A stretch of 64,000 nt of DNA from a virus (IMGVR_UViG_2974514734_000001:32683-96682), one strand, 5' to 3'; counted from the stretch's first letter, positions 16,648 through 26,170 are shown. Notes: generated from the letters alone by a model not told the origin. Translations and numbers: made by a program.

Positions 16648-17850
16648 ATGAAAGATAAACCGTGTGACATTCCTTATTGCGGTGTTCGGGAAGCTAAAAT
16701 TAAATCTGCCAAACCCGTCCTGGACCAGCAGATTGTAAAGTGGTCTTACGAATGGATGCACGATCGTTACCAGATCCACGTCAAGAAGGACGTCCAGCGT
16801 CTTCCTGCTCCTTGGACGAATAATCCTATACTACGGCAGGTTAAGTTCTGTAACGTCCGGAGAGAGCACGACAGGCAGTCCCTCAACCTGATCAACAACA
16901 TCGTCAAGAACGACGCTCTGAGCATGGCCGACAAAATGTTCAACTGTGTTCTGTTCCGCATGTTCAATCTCTGGGATCCGATCAAGGTGGCGCTCGAGGG
17001 CGCTATGACGATTTCAGACTTTGCTAAAATCAACCTGGACGAGACCCGCGCCCGTCTTCAGAAGTTCGAGGCCGACGGTGGTAAGGTATTCACCAATGCC
17101 TTCAACACGGGCGGTCTGAAGCAATGCCTGGCTTTTCCTGAGCTGGTTGTCAACCACAAGGAGCAGCGCTTCGGTGGCATGATGGTTAAGGTACACCGTG
17201 TTGGCCAGGGTGTCGTGGATGAATTGGATTACAAGGTCGCCAAGAAGCTGGTTGAAGAGAATCCTGGGGAGTACACGATTGAGGGTTGGGAGCCGTACAT
17301 GCCAATGCGAGTCATCCGCTCTTTGAAGGCATTCGTCAACAAACACCCTCATTACTTTGATCGCCTCAGGGAATTTAGCCGTCCCGACTCTGTTTACCAG
17401 GCGATGTATGACGACATTGAGGGGCTTGGGCCATTCCTGGCATATCAGATCTGGGTGGACTTCACATACATCCCTGAGTATCCATTCAGTGAGAATCATT
17501 TCACTATCGCTGGTCCAGGTTGCCGTGCGGGTATTGACCTGATGTTCCTGGATAAGGACGGCATGACTCATGAAGAATGCATATTCTGGCTACGGGATAA
17601 TCAGGACGCAGTTTATGGTCCTCTTGGGTATAACAGGGAAGAATTTTGGTCTGCGGAAGAGCCTTGGGATCACCATTTAAATATAATGGCAGGAGAAAAT
17701 ATGTTTTGTGAACTTCAGAAATACACCCGTTGTGTAGAGGCTTTACAGCAAGGTAAAAAACCGCGCGGGAAGGTTGGATACGATGGGGAAGGACAACCTA
17801 AAGCGACGACATCTGGTTCTAAAAACCTACTAAATTTATTTAAAAAGTAA
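16648..17850 (+). CDS. hypothetical protein (401 aa)
   Basis: GAGAGGA RBS; no motif I can assign. Confidence 0.5.
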   Translation: MKDKPCDIPYCGVREAKIKSAKPVLDQQIVKWSYEWMHDRYQIHVKKDVQRLPAPWTNNPILRQVKFCNVRREHDRQSLNLINNIVKNDALSMADKMFNCVLFRMFNLWDPIKVALEGAMTISDFAKINLDETRARLQKFEADGGKVFTNAFNTGGLKQCLAFPELVVNHKEQRFGGMMVKVHRVGQGVVDELDYKVAKKLVEENPGEYTIEGWEPYMPMRVIRSLKAFVNKHPHYFDRLREFSRPDSVYQAMYDDIEGLGPFLAYQIWVDFTYIPEYPFSENHFTIAGPGCRAGIDLMFLDKDGMTHEECIFWLRDNQDAVYGPLGYNREEFWSAEEPWDHHLNIMAGENMFCELQKYTRCVEALQQGKKPRGKVGYDGEGQPKATTSGSKNLLNLFKK

Positions 17851-17909
17851 CTTACTTTGTGAGTTAAGAAAGTATATTATAACAGGAACTTTCATTTGGA
17901 GTTCCTGTT

Positions 17910-19061
17910 ATGTTTTACGAATTATTGATTTCTAAAGGCGGTAAACCGCATTTTATCAAGAAGTATTTGAGGATGATTCAATCTTTCAAATATCCTGATG
18001 GTGACTACACCGAATTACACCACATCCTTCCCAAGAGCATGTTCCCTGAATATTCCAAAGACAAGATCAATTTGGCAAGACTTACTGGCAGGCAACATTA
18101 TCTTGCCCATGTGTGTTTGGCCTTGGCTTTCCCGAATTCTGATATGGTATATGCTGTTCTTTTGATGAGCCGTGGGGGTAGGTATACACCAACGGGCATA
18201 AAATTTAATTCTCACCTTTACGAAAAGTTAAGGAAAGAATTTGGACAAAGAATATCCAAACTCACAAAGGGTGTCTCTAAATGCGTCGGGGCAAACAACC
18301 CAATGTATGGGAGAAGAGGAAAGAATAATCCCCAATATGGGTATAAGAGAACTCCAGAGCAAGTCAAGAAAATTACCAAAGGATTGATGAAAATCCATGA
18401 AAGGATGGCTTCTGATCCTGAATATAAAAGGCGGGTTTTAGAGAAACGCCGCGCCAACATGGATTTAGAACAATTTTCTGAACGTGCCAGGAAAGCTAAA
18501 CTTGGGGAACTCAATCCCAATTATGGGAAGGACTTAACCAACTCATTCACACCAGAGCAACGCGCCAAACAGAAAGAAAACGCTCAGAAAGGCATGTTGG
18601 CTAAGATGCCTTGGGAGAAGGGTAAATGGAACCCCGACAATGACGTATATTGGGAGAAAGCTGATCAATTCCTTGAAGCCCTGAATACGATGAAACGTTC
18701 AGAAGCCCTCTTGTTCGTGTATGGAACAAAAGATCTGAAGGCGTTTAATGCCACCAGTGGGATAATCGAACGTTTCAATAAAGGCTGGGAACCATTAAAA
18801 TGCGTAAAATGGTTAAAAAGATACAAGGGTGAAAAAATGAGCTGGAAATTGTTCAAACTGTGTAAAGCGACTGATGAGTTTCTTCTGAAAGCCCGTATGG
18901 AAGGACGTCTCGTGTACACTCCTTACCCAGGCACTACTCGGTTTTGCAACACGCTGAGGAAACAGAAATCAGTTTCTGGGCCGAGACGTTTGATGAAGCA
19001 GGGGATGCTGGCATACAACTCCGGTGATACTCGGCCTTGTGACGGCGGTAAGATCGTCTGA
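17910..19061 (+). CDS. HNH homing endonuclease (Mob-like) with NUMOD-type repeats
   Basis: ELHHILPKSM HNH motif; repeated NPMYGRRGKNNPQYG modules. Confidence 0.8.
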   Translation: MFYELLISKGGKPHFIKKYLRMIQSFKYPDGDYTELHHILPKSMFPEYSKDKINLARLTGRQHYLAHVCLALAFPNSDMVYAVLLMSRGGRYTPTGIKFNSHLYEKLRKEFGQRISKLTKGVSKCVGANNPMYGRRGKNNPQYGYKRTPEQVKKITKGLMKIHERMASDPEYKRRVLEKRRANMDLEQFSERARKAKLGELNPNYGKDLTNSFTPEQRAKQKENAQKGMLAKMPWEKGKWNPDNDVYWEKADQFLEALNTMKRSEALLFVYGTKDLKAFNATSGIIERFNKGWEPLKCVKWLKRYKGEKMSWKLFKLCKATDEFLLKARMEGRLVYTPYPGTTRFCNTLRKQKSVSGPRRLMKQGMLAYNSGDTRPCDGGKIV

Positions 19062-19070
19062 ATAAAGATT

Positions 19071-19111
19071 CCCTTTACTTCATTCTTCAATAACTCTTTT
19101 CAACGTATTAT
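19071..19111 (+). promoter_or_regulatory. degenerate PeSL-like early promoter region (CTTTAC…TTCAATAA…TATTAT), followed by a 5'UTR hairpin GCGCCC…GGGGCGC
   Basis: Shares TTTACTTC…TTCAATAAC with the other cassettes, but the -35/-10 spacing is disrupted by about 10 extra nt. Confidence 0.3.
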
Positions 19112-19180
19112 TGACCTCACTTAAACGAAGCGCCCTGGCAAACGGGGCGCACATTTGAACTGAAACAGGAAGACTATACC

Positions 19181-21202
19181 ATGGCAGAATTCAAACCCTT
19201 CGCAACGGCAGTTAATAACAACGTGCTGGCGATGTCCGCAACTGGTCTGTTCATGACCAATATCGATAAAGATGCTCTTTGGGATCTGTATCTGGCATCT
19301 TTCCCTGCTGGTACTAACCCGCTGTACCGCGAACGTACTGAACACGATTGCACCTGCTGTAAACAATTCATCCGTAACATCGGCGGTGTTGTCACCATCG
19401 ATTCAGAGCTGAACGTGATTTCCATCTGGGACAACATTGATCTGGGTAATGAATATGACGTGGTGGCTGCGGCTCTTTCCGCTTATGTCAAACAACACGC
19501 AATCGTCGATGTTTATTTTAACGATTCTGCCAAAGTCGGCCTGTCTCACAATCACGAATCTGGTGAAGATGGCAAAATCCGTACTTACAATCATTTCCAT
19601 ACCCAATTACTTGGTAGCTATGTTCTGCGTCCGGACGCAATCGCTTCGAAAAAAGGTGAAATCCGCCAGGCTATTGAATTGTTTGAACGCGGTCTGCGTG
19701 AAATTACTCTGGAATCAGCTGAAATCGTTCTGGAACTGATTGACCAGAATTCTCTGTATCGCGGCGCAGAACACAAAGCAGCAGTGAAGGGATTTGTTGA
19801 AACCAAAAAGGCATATGAACAAATCCCCGAATCAGCCCGTTCTCTGTGGACATGGCATACTGGATACCGTTCAAACAATCATGTTCCACACGGCATCCGT
19901 AACACAGTTATCGGCACTCTGCTGACAGATATCAGCGAAGGCGTGGAACTGGAAAAGGCTGTTAAGTCGTTTGAATCCAAAGTTGCTCCGGCGAACTACA
20001 AACGTCCGACCGCGCTGGTTTCAAAATCCATGATCGAAAACGCTCAGAAAGAAGTTATTGCTCTGGGTTTGGAAGACTCACTGGCGCGTCGTTATGCGGT
20101 TTATGATGATCTGACAATCAACAACGTTTTGTTCGCAGATCTGGCCGCTCAGAAAGCGATGGATCCGTTTGCACAGCTGGCCGCAGAAGTGAAAACTCCG
20201 ACTAAGTCCTTAGAAAAAGTTGAAGAGATCAGCGTTGATGATTTCCTGAGCAATGTTCTACCAAAAGCGCATTCAATGGAAGTGCTGGTAGAGAATTCTC
20301 ATACTAGCAACCTGATGTCCCTGGTTGCTCCGGCGAACCCAGATGCACCTAACCTGTTCAAGTGGAACAACGGTTTCTCCTGGTCTTACAACGGTGAAGT
20401 GGCCGATTCCATTAAAGAACGTGTAAAGGCTGCTGGCGGTAAAGTTGACGGGTATCTGCGCGTTTCCTTGGCGTGGCACAATAACGACGACCTCGATCTG
20501 CATATGTTCTTTAACAATATGGAGCACGTTTACTTCCGTGATCGTCGCTCTATGACAGGTGCCCATCTGGATATCGATATGAACGGTATGGATGGTATCG
20601 ATCCAAACCGCGCTCCGGTGGAAAATATCATCTTTACAGATGAAAGCAAGCTGCGCGATGGTGAATACCGTTTCGAAATCCACAACTACAATCAACGTGA
20701 AAAGATCGACGAAGGGTTTGAAGTCGAAGTAGAATACAAAGGCGCAACGCATCGTTTCAGCCATCCTGGCCTGAAAGATCAGGGGCGTATCACTGCAGTC
20801 ATCCTGACTGTTAAAGACAAACAAGTTGTTGGCATTAAGTCCGAACTGGCTAATGTTGATAAGTCTAAAGAAGTTTGGGGTATCAAGACTGCGACCTTCC
20901 AGAAAGTACAGCTGGTCCTGAATTCACCAAACCATTGGGATGGGGAGCAAACTGGTAACAAGCATGTGTTCTTCATTCTTGAAGGTTGTGCTAATCCTGA
21001 AGGTACTCGTGGTTTCTACAACGAATATCTGAAGCCAGAACTGGATAAACATCGTAAGGTTTTTGAAATGTTGGGTAGTAAAATGAAAGTCCAGCCGAAT
21101 GAAAACCAACTGTCCGGTCTGGGATTCTCGACGACGCAACGCAACCACGTGTTCGTAAAAGTGTCCGGCGCGTTTAACCGTACTGTAAAAGTCATTTTCT
21201 AA
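19181..21202 (+). CDS. hypothetical large protein (673 aa)
   Basis: AGGAAG RBS plus conserved TATACCATGGC context; no Walker motifs or known signatures recognised. Confidence 0.5.
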   Translation: MAEFKPFATAVNNNVLAMSATGLFMTNIDKDALWDLYLASFPAGTNPLYRERTEHDCTCCKQFIRNIGGVVTIDSELNVISIWDNIDLGNEYDVVAAALSAYVKQHAIVDVYFNDSAKVGLSHNHESGEDGKIRTYNHFHTQLLGSYVLRPDAIASKKGEIRQAIELFERGLREITLESAEIVLELIDQNSLYRGAEHKAAVKGFVETKKAYEQIPESARSLWTWHTGYRSNNHVPHGIRNTVIGTLLTDISEGVELEKAVKSFESKVAPANYKRPTALVSKSMIENAQKEVIALGLEDSLARRYAVYDDLTINNVLFADLAAQKAMDPFAQLAAEVKTPTKSLEKVEEISVDDFLSNVLPKAHSMEVLVENSHTSNLMSLVAPANPDAPNLFKWNNGFSWSYNGEVADSIKERVKAAGGKVDGYLRVSLAWHNNDDLDLHMFFNNMEHVYFRDRRSMTGAHLDIDMNGMDGIDPNRAPVENIIFTDESKLRDGEYRFEIHNYNQREKIDEGFEVEVEYKGATHRFSHPGLKDQGRITAVILTVKDKQVVGIKSELANVDKSKEVWGIKTATFQKVQLVLNSPNHWDGEQTGNKHVFFILEGCANPEGTRGFYNEYLKPELDKHRKVFEMLGSKMKVQPNENQLSGLGFSTTQRNHVFVKVSGAFNRTVKVIF

Positions 21203-21239
21203 TTGATTTTACCACAAATTCGTAATAAGGAACAATGAA

Positions 21240-21611
21240 ATGTTTGATCATGCAACCCGTTTAAAACTGCGTTTCAACTCTAACAAAGGTCTGCTGTCTG
21301 TTGAGCAGGTTTGGGATCTGAACCTGAATGCCCTAAACGAACTGGCGAAAGACCTCAGCCGTCAGGTGAAGGAAGCCGCCAGCGATGAAGAAGATTTCAT
21401 CGGCGTGAAAAGCGCAGTCGACTCTCAGTTACAACTGCGTTTCGATATCGTGAAAGCGATCATCGGTGTTAAACTGAAAGAACGTGACGAAAGCGCAACC
21501 GCCGCCGAACGTAAAGCGAATAACCAGGCGATCATGGAACTGATCCAGCGTAAGAAACAGCAGGAACTGGAAGGCCTCTCTGTTGAAGAACTGGAAAAAC
21601 TCCTGAAATAA
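21240..21611 (+). CDS. hypothetical coiled-coil protein (123 aa)
   Basis: ORF, AAGGAA RBS. Confidence 0.45.
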   Translation: MFDHATRLKLRFNSNKGLLSVEQVWDLNLNALNELAKDLSRQVKEAASDEEDFIGVKSAVDSQLQLRFDIVKAIIGVKLKERDESATAAERKANNQAIMELIQRKKQQELEGLSVEELEKLLK

Positions 21612-21632
21612 TCTGTCGGCTCCGGCCTGAGC

Positions 21633-21660
21633 AACCCCGCTATGTGCGGGGTTTCTTTTG
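21633..21660 (+). terminator. terminator CAACCCCGCtatgtGCGGGGTTTCTTTT (near-copy of 4364-4390)
   Basis: GC stem plus T-run. Confidence 0.7.
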
Positions 21661-21670
21661 GAGAAATATT

Positions 21671-21907
21671 ATGAAACAAATTACTAAGACAGTACAAATC
21701 ACCCAATATCAAACGGATGACGGCAGAGTGTTCGATACTCTTGGTCAGGCCGAACATTATGAGAAGATGAAGTCCGGTATTCGCAAGGTATGCTCTTCTT
21801 GTGATGGCAAAGGTCGCGACTCTCCGTCGGGCGACGGGCGTGATATGACGACTTGTCATTATTGTGGTGGTAAAGGCTGGGTAGAAAAGAAAGAGATATG
21901 GGGTTAA
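21671..21907 (+). CDS. small DnaJ CR-type zinc-finger protein (two CxxCxGxG motifs)
   Basis: CSSCDGKG and CHYCGGKG. Confidence 0.5.
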   Translation: MKQITKTVQITQYQTDDGRVFDTLGQAEHYEKMKSGIRKVCSSCDGKGRDSPSGDGRDMTTCHYCGGKGWVEKKEIWG

Positions 21908-22317
21908 TGAAACCTGTCATCTGTGATTACTGCGGTCAACCTGCCCAATACGTCGGGGGCGATGCTGTATACCCCCACCGCCCCGACCTCCGCAATCTGA
22001 AGTTCTGGGTATGCTCGCCATGCGACGCTCGTGTGGGTTGCCATACCCATGGGGATGGTAGACAACCTCTGGGAAGGATGGCGAATGCCGCTCTCCGTGC
22101 TGCTAAGCAGGAAGCTCATAGGTCGTTTGACCCTATCTGGAAAAGTGGGCAGAGGAGCAGGAGTGATGCTTACAGCTGGCTGGCTCATAATCTGGGGATC
22201 AAGAAGCGCGATTGCCATATCGGCTTGTTCGATATCGATATGTGCCGTAAAGTAGTCGCTGTGTGTAATCAACTAAAGGCACAAGATAATGTCAAAGGAA
22301 ATACAAGAAGCATTTGA
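21907..22317 (+). CDS. zinc-finger protein (DUF3268-like: CDYCG…IYPHRPDL…FWVCSPCDARVGCH)
   Basis: Start overlaps the previous stop (TAATGA). Confidence 0.45.
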   Translation: MKPVICDYCGQPAQYVGGDAVYPHRPDLRNLKFWVCSPCDARVGCHTHGDGRQPLGRMANAALRAAKQEAHRSFDPIWKSGQRSRSDAYSWLAHNLGIKKRDCHIGLFDIDMCRKVVAVCNQLKAQDNVKGNTRSI

Positions 22318-22540
22318 AAAATTATCTCAGGTAATGACCGACTGCAACCGCCGGAATTATTGTGATGAAGCGTATACCAAATTGAAAACTGCTGTTGAAA
22401 CCGAGCTGGCAGGTCTTTCCGTTTTCAAAGATATTCAGACCGAAGTGCTATATCTGTCGGATGAAGATTTAAGGCGTTGTCCCCGCAAGATTTACCAATT
22501 ACTGGATCGTTTGGTGAAAGTGGGGGTGAATAATGGGTAA
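22289..22540 (+). CDS. hypothetical protein (83 aa)
   Basis: ORF overlapping its neighbours by a few codons. Confidence 0.4.
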   Translation: MSKEIQEAFEKLSQVMTDCNRRNYCDEAYTKLKTAVETELAGLSVFKDIQTEVLYLSDEDLRRCPRKIYQLLDRLVKVGVNNG

Positions 22541-23258
22541 TCGTGAAGGGATTAAACTCACACCAGAACTTCTGAAGTCACATATTGCTGAAGTGATTTA
22601 TGAAGACCGTGAAGTTGGTGGTCACCGCGTCATTACATGCCATTTCAAGATGGACAATGGCTTTGTCGTCTGGGGTAAGAATAGTTCCACATCGGTAGAC
22701 CCTGCCAACTTCGATGAAGAAATAGGCAAGCAGCTGGCCTATGAAAAGACCCTTTCTCAACTGTGGGAACTGGAAGCATATCGCGCGATAGTAGAAAAGC
22801 AGATCATCGATGTGTCCGCCAAAGATGCTAAGATCAACATTGATGAATATGTGTCAGAAAGGGGATCGATACATGAGATGGGTGGTTCTGAATTCCTTGA
22901 GGGTAAAGGACAATCCGTCGTGTTTCGTCATCCCAAGGATCCAAGTCGGGGATTTCGAGTTGAATTTGTTCGCACCGATAATGAACGTTATGACGAACGG
23001 CGTAATGGTGAAGCAAGATCTTTGGTGGAAGCGTATCTTCGCTCGTTTATGACTTCTGAAGATCTAAATTCTGAACTTGTCTTGCGTTTGGCGAAAACGT
23101 GTAATGCTGCTTCAGGGGATTATCCGTGGTGTGACCTGTCTGAAGACAAACGCCAAGCAGCTTGTGATCGTGTTAAGAAATTCTTGTTAGATCCGAAAGC
23201 CCAACCTGGTGATTCCGTGGGGGCGCTGTATAGAGCCATCGTGGTGTCATACTTGTAA
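22533..23258 (+). CDS. hypothetical protein with possible Gp49/66-like N-terminal domain
   Basis: …CHFKMDNGFVVWGKNSS…PANFDEEIGKQLAYEKTLSQLWELEAY; from memory, low confidence. Confidence 0.35.
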   Translation: MGNREGIKLTPELLKSHIAEVIYEDREVGGHRVITCHFKMDNGFVVWGKNSSTSVDPANFDEEIGKQLAYEKTLSQLWELEAYRAIVEKQIIDVSAKDAKINIDEYVSERGSIHEMGGSEFLEGKGQSVVFRHPKDPSRGFRVEFVRTDNERYDERRNGEARSLVEAYLRSFMTSEDLNSELVLRLAKTCNAASGDYPWCDLSEDKRQAACDRVKKFLLDPKAQPGDSVGALYRAIVVSYL

Positions 23259-23525
23259 TTCTTCAAAAGTCTTTCAAAATCAATAACGTCCGGCAAATTG
23301 CTGGGCGTTTCAATTAATAAGCCAAGGTATAATGGCCCAATTGTAAAGCGAGGGAAATTACTTTGCCCAAACCATTTTTGCGTTCAGGAGTTGACTCTCT
23401 TGACTCACAGTTTAAACCCAGCGAAGTTTTAATCCAACAGATTGAAACTAATCGCGAATTCATAGAACACATGCTGGCAAAGCCGGAAGGTGAAGCCGCT
23501 CAAACCACCAAAGAAGGTAATAACG

Positions 23526-25742
23526 ATGATTGAATCATTAACATTTAAAAATGCGGTAGCAACTGTCGCGCCGTCTAACCATGTAATCGTTGTGGACATC
23601 TCCGGTTCCATGTATCGTTCACTTCCAGAAGTCCGTAAGCATCTGAAGGAAAATCTCCCGTCTCTGGTTAAACCAGAAGATACCGTCAGCATTCTTTACT
23701 TTTCATCCCGTGGTGATTTCGGTACGGTATTCGCTGGCCGTCAGATCAATAGCGCGACCGATCTCAGTGAAATCAATAAACTGATTGACCGCTTCCTGCA
23801 ACCGTCAGGTTGTACGGGATTTGTAGAACCTCTGAAGTTGGCTGCTGAAACCGCGATGAGCCTGAACAAACCTGGTTATGTCAATAACCTGGCGTTCATG
23901 ACCGACGGCTATGACAACTGCTGGCGCTCTAATGAAATCCTGGATGCCGCTGAAGTACTGCCCAAAGCGTTTGATAACATTACCTTCATCGAATACGGTT
24001 GGTACTGTAACCGCGAACTGCTGTCTCTGATGTCCGAGCGTTCTGGCGCGACCCACGTGTTTGCCGAAGGTCAGACTGAATATCAGACCGAATTGGAAAA
24101 TGTACTGAAATCATCTACGCCGAAAGTGGTTGTTGATGTCCCCCTGGTTTACACTCATGCCATCTACGTTGAAAACGGCGTGGCAACTGTGCTAGCCGTA
24201 CAACCAGATGAAGAACACCCGATTGGCCACGTCAGCATCCCTGAAAGCGTTTCTCAGCTGTGGGTTGTAAACCCCGACATGATCGACCAGCTGGATAATC
24301 TGGCAGACACCCAGGCGGCATACGTGCTGGCATTCTATGGCGTGTACACCATGGACGCCGATCTGGTCTGGGCCGCGCTGAAGAAGACGGGTGACGTCCG
24401 CTTCATCAAACAATACAGCAACTGTTTCACCAAGCAGGACTATTCCAACATCAAAGTCGATCTGACCCAGGCTATCGTGGATGAAACTCTGCGCGGCGTA
24501 GATGGCATCGATTACAATATGGTTCCAGCTGAAGATGCAACGACCATTGTTGATGTCTTGACCTACCTGGCCGAAGCCGATGTCTCTGTTGTCACTAAGC
24601 ATCCACTGTTCTCTTACAACAGTATTGGGCGCGGTACTGTACAGAAAGTTGACGACACCGAAGACAAATTGGCCGAAGAGATTGCGAATGCGACTTCTAA
24701 AGAAGAGCGTAAAGCCCTGGCGCTCAAACTGGCCGAGCACGAAGATTGGACCCCCGAATTCAATCCAGCAGATGATAAAGGGATTGTCCCGATTAGCAAT
24801 CTGGTCTATAATTCAGAACGTCCTAACATTAGTGTACAAACAGTTCAACACGGAACGGTTGTTGTACCCGAGTTCGTACAGAAGAAATATGAACTTCCTG
24901 AAGAGTTGGGAACCTGGCGTTATCGCAATTACACCATTGTCAAGGATGGTATCATCAACCTGAAAACAATGCCTATTACTGCGGATTCTCCGATTGTTCG
25001 GGCTAAGGTGGCACAGGATTTGACTGCCATGGGTGTTCATGTGTTTGGTGGACCGGAAGTCTTCATTGTAAATCTGGAAAGTGTCCCAATGGTTAACCGC
25101 GCTATGACAAAGAATATCAGTGCTGCTGAATTCTTTGCAGACAATGTGCGACGTGAAGCATTGAAGGCGAAACAAAAAGTTCTGAAATTCTATCGTGATG
25201 AGCTGGTTGGTAAAGGCAATGCTGCTGGTTTGGCTTCAAAATATGGCAAAGAAGCGGCTGATTTCCTGTCAGCAAACGGCATTCGCGACTATGGATTTTC
25301 ACCGAAGACTTCTTCTGTAGAATCAACCGATGTCTATATGAGTCGTGAATTGAATGTGAAAATCAAAGGCGCATCTTCACTGCCGAGCATCGCGTCTGTT
25401 ATCAAAAAACAGACGGACGGTAAAAAACTGAATGTCGCTGATCAGCTGATCGCTAATGCCCTGGCTGAATACAATGCATTCGTTAAATCACCGATGATCA
25501 CCAGTGTACCGGAAGAGACTCAGAAAAAGCTGATCGAAAGTTGGATTGGTGATGCAGCAAAAGCAGCTATCAACGAAGTTCGCGCTCTGAACAAAACGCT
25601 GTCCAAGGTAGTTTATGGGATTGTTGCAGGCCATGGTTGGTTTACCGACCTGGATTTGGAAGAATCCACTATGGATGTGGAAGTTGATGGGGTGAAATAC
25701 ACCGTCACTGCCGAACTGGCCGAAAAAGAAGTCAAAATCTAA
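23526..25742 (+). CDS. von Willebrand factor A (vWA) domain protein, 738 aa from the ATG start (track ORF 23490-25742 is 750 aa from an upstream GTG)
   Basis: MIDAS motif VVDISGSMY (DxSxS) plus downstream T/D residues; ATG at 23526 with GAAGG RBS (the track uses an upstream GTG at 23490). Confidence 0.65.
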   Translation: MIESLTFKNAVATVAPSNHVIVVDISGSMYRSLPEVRKHLKENLPSLVKPEDTVSILYFSSRGDFGTVFAGRQINSATDLSEINKLIDRFLQPSGCTGFVEPLKLAAETAMSLNKPGYVNNLAFMTDGYDNCWRSNEILDAAEVLPKAFDNITFIEYGWYCNRELLSLMSERSGATHVFAEGQTEYQTELENVLKSSTPKVVVDVPLVYTHAIYVENGVATVLAVQPDEEHPIGHVSIPESVSQLWVVNPDMIDQLDNLADTQAAYVLAFYGVYTMDADLVWAALKKTGDVRFIKQYSNCFTKQDYSNIKVDLTQAIVDETLRGVDGIDYNMVPAEDATTIVDVLTYLAEADVSVVTKHPLFSYNSIGRGTVQKVDDTEDKLAEEIANATSKEERKALALKLAEHEDWTPEFNPADDKGIVPISNLVYNSERPNISVQTVQHGTVVVPEFVQKKYELPEELGTWRYRNYTIVKDGIINLKTMPITADSPIVRAKVAQDLTAMGVHVFGGPEVFIVNLESVPMVNRAMTKNISAAEFFADNVRREALKAKQKVLKFYRDELVGKGNAAGLASKYGKEAADFLSANGIRDYGFSPKTSSVESTDVYMSRELNVKIKGASSLPSIASVIKKQTDGKKLNVADQLIANALAEYNAFVKSPMITSVPEETQKKLIESWIGDAAKAAINEVRALNKTLSKVVYGIVAGHGWFTDLDLEESTMDVEVDGVKYTVTAELAEKEVKI

Positions 25743-25750
25743 ATTCATCT

Positions 25751-25775
25751 GGCGGGGAAACCCGCCTTCATTTTG
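25751..25775 (+). terminator. terminator GGCGGGGaaaCCCGCC plus TTCATTTT
   Basis: GC stem, T-rich tail. Confidence 0.5.
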
Positions 25776-25779
25776 AGAT

Positions 25780-26097
25780 ATGCTTATGTCAAACAAACCA
25801 ACTTATGTTGAAGTAATGCGTGTTCTGGCTCAGTACGCTTGTGACAACCTGAACATGGAAACTTGGCGCGACGGTGACCATAAAGAAAAGTTCGATAATA
25901 TCGACGACAACATCGATGCGTTGGCTCCTCTTCGGGCCAAGAGCGATCTCGGCGGTGATGATCTTGACATGATTGAACTCATCATGGAAGTTGAAGAACA
26001 ATATGATGTTGAAATCAGTGATGAATGGGTAGGCAAACATGGTGATGATCCCACGCTCGGCGAATTAGCTGAATTGGTAGTTGCCCTCCGCAAATAG
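25780..26097 (+). CDS. acyl carrier protein-like acidic protein lacking the phosphopantetheine-attachment serine
   Basis: LGGDDLDMIELIMEVEEQYDVEISDE corresponds to ACP [26 protein letters not shown], with the DSL Ser replaced by Asp. Confidence 0.5.
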   Translation: MLMSNKPTYVEVMRVLAQYACDNLNMETWRDGDHKEKFDNIDDNIDALAPLRAKSDLGGDDLDMIELIMEVEEQYDVEISDEWVGKHGDDPTLGELAELVVALRK

Positions 26098-26103
26098 CAG
26101 AAG

Positions 26104-26170
26104 TCCCCAACGGTTTGTTGGGGATTTTTACTTTTAGGGGGTTTACTTGAATAAACATTTGCCGTATTAT
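26104..26170 (+). promoter_or_regulatory. PeSL-like cassette: hairpin TCCCCAAC…GTTGGGGA, then early promoter GTTTAC (26141-26146), 18-bp spacer, TATTAT (26165-26170), containing TTCAATAAC
   Basis: Read directly. Confidence 0.5.

Noticed and set aside
19071-19111. A sixth PeSL-like promoter counted as functional
   Set aside because: The TTTACTTC and TTCAATAAC blocks are present, but about 10 extra nt disrupt the -35/-10 spacing. It is kept only as a degenerate copy at low confidence.
23259-23525. 267-bp intergenic region upstream of the vWA gene as an ncRNA locus
   Set aside because: It contains only a weak sigma70-like TATAAT (23328-23333) and a short duplicated TTGACTC, with no convincing hairpins. 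It is most likely just a promoter and leader for the vWA gene, which has a GTG/ATG start ambiguity.
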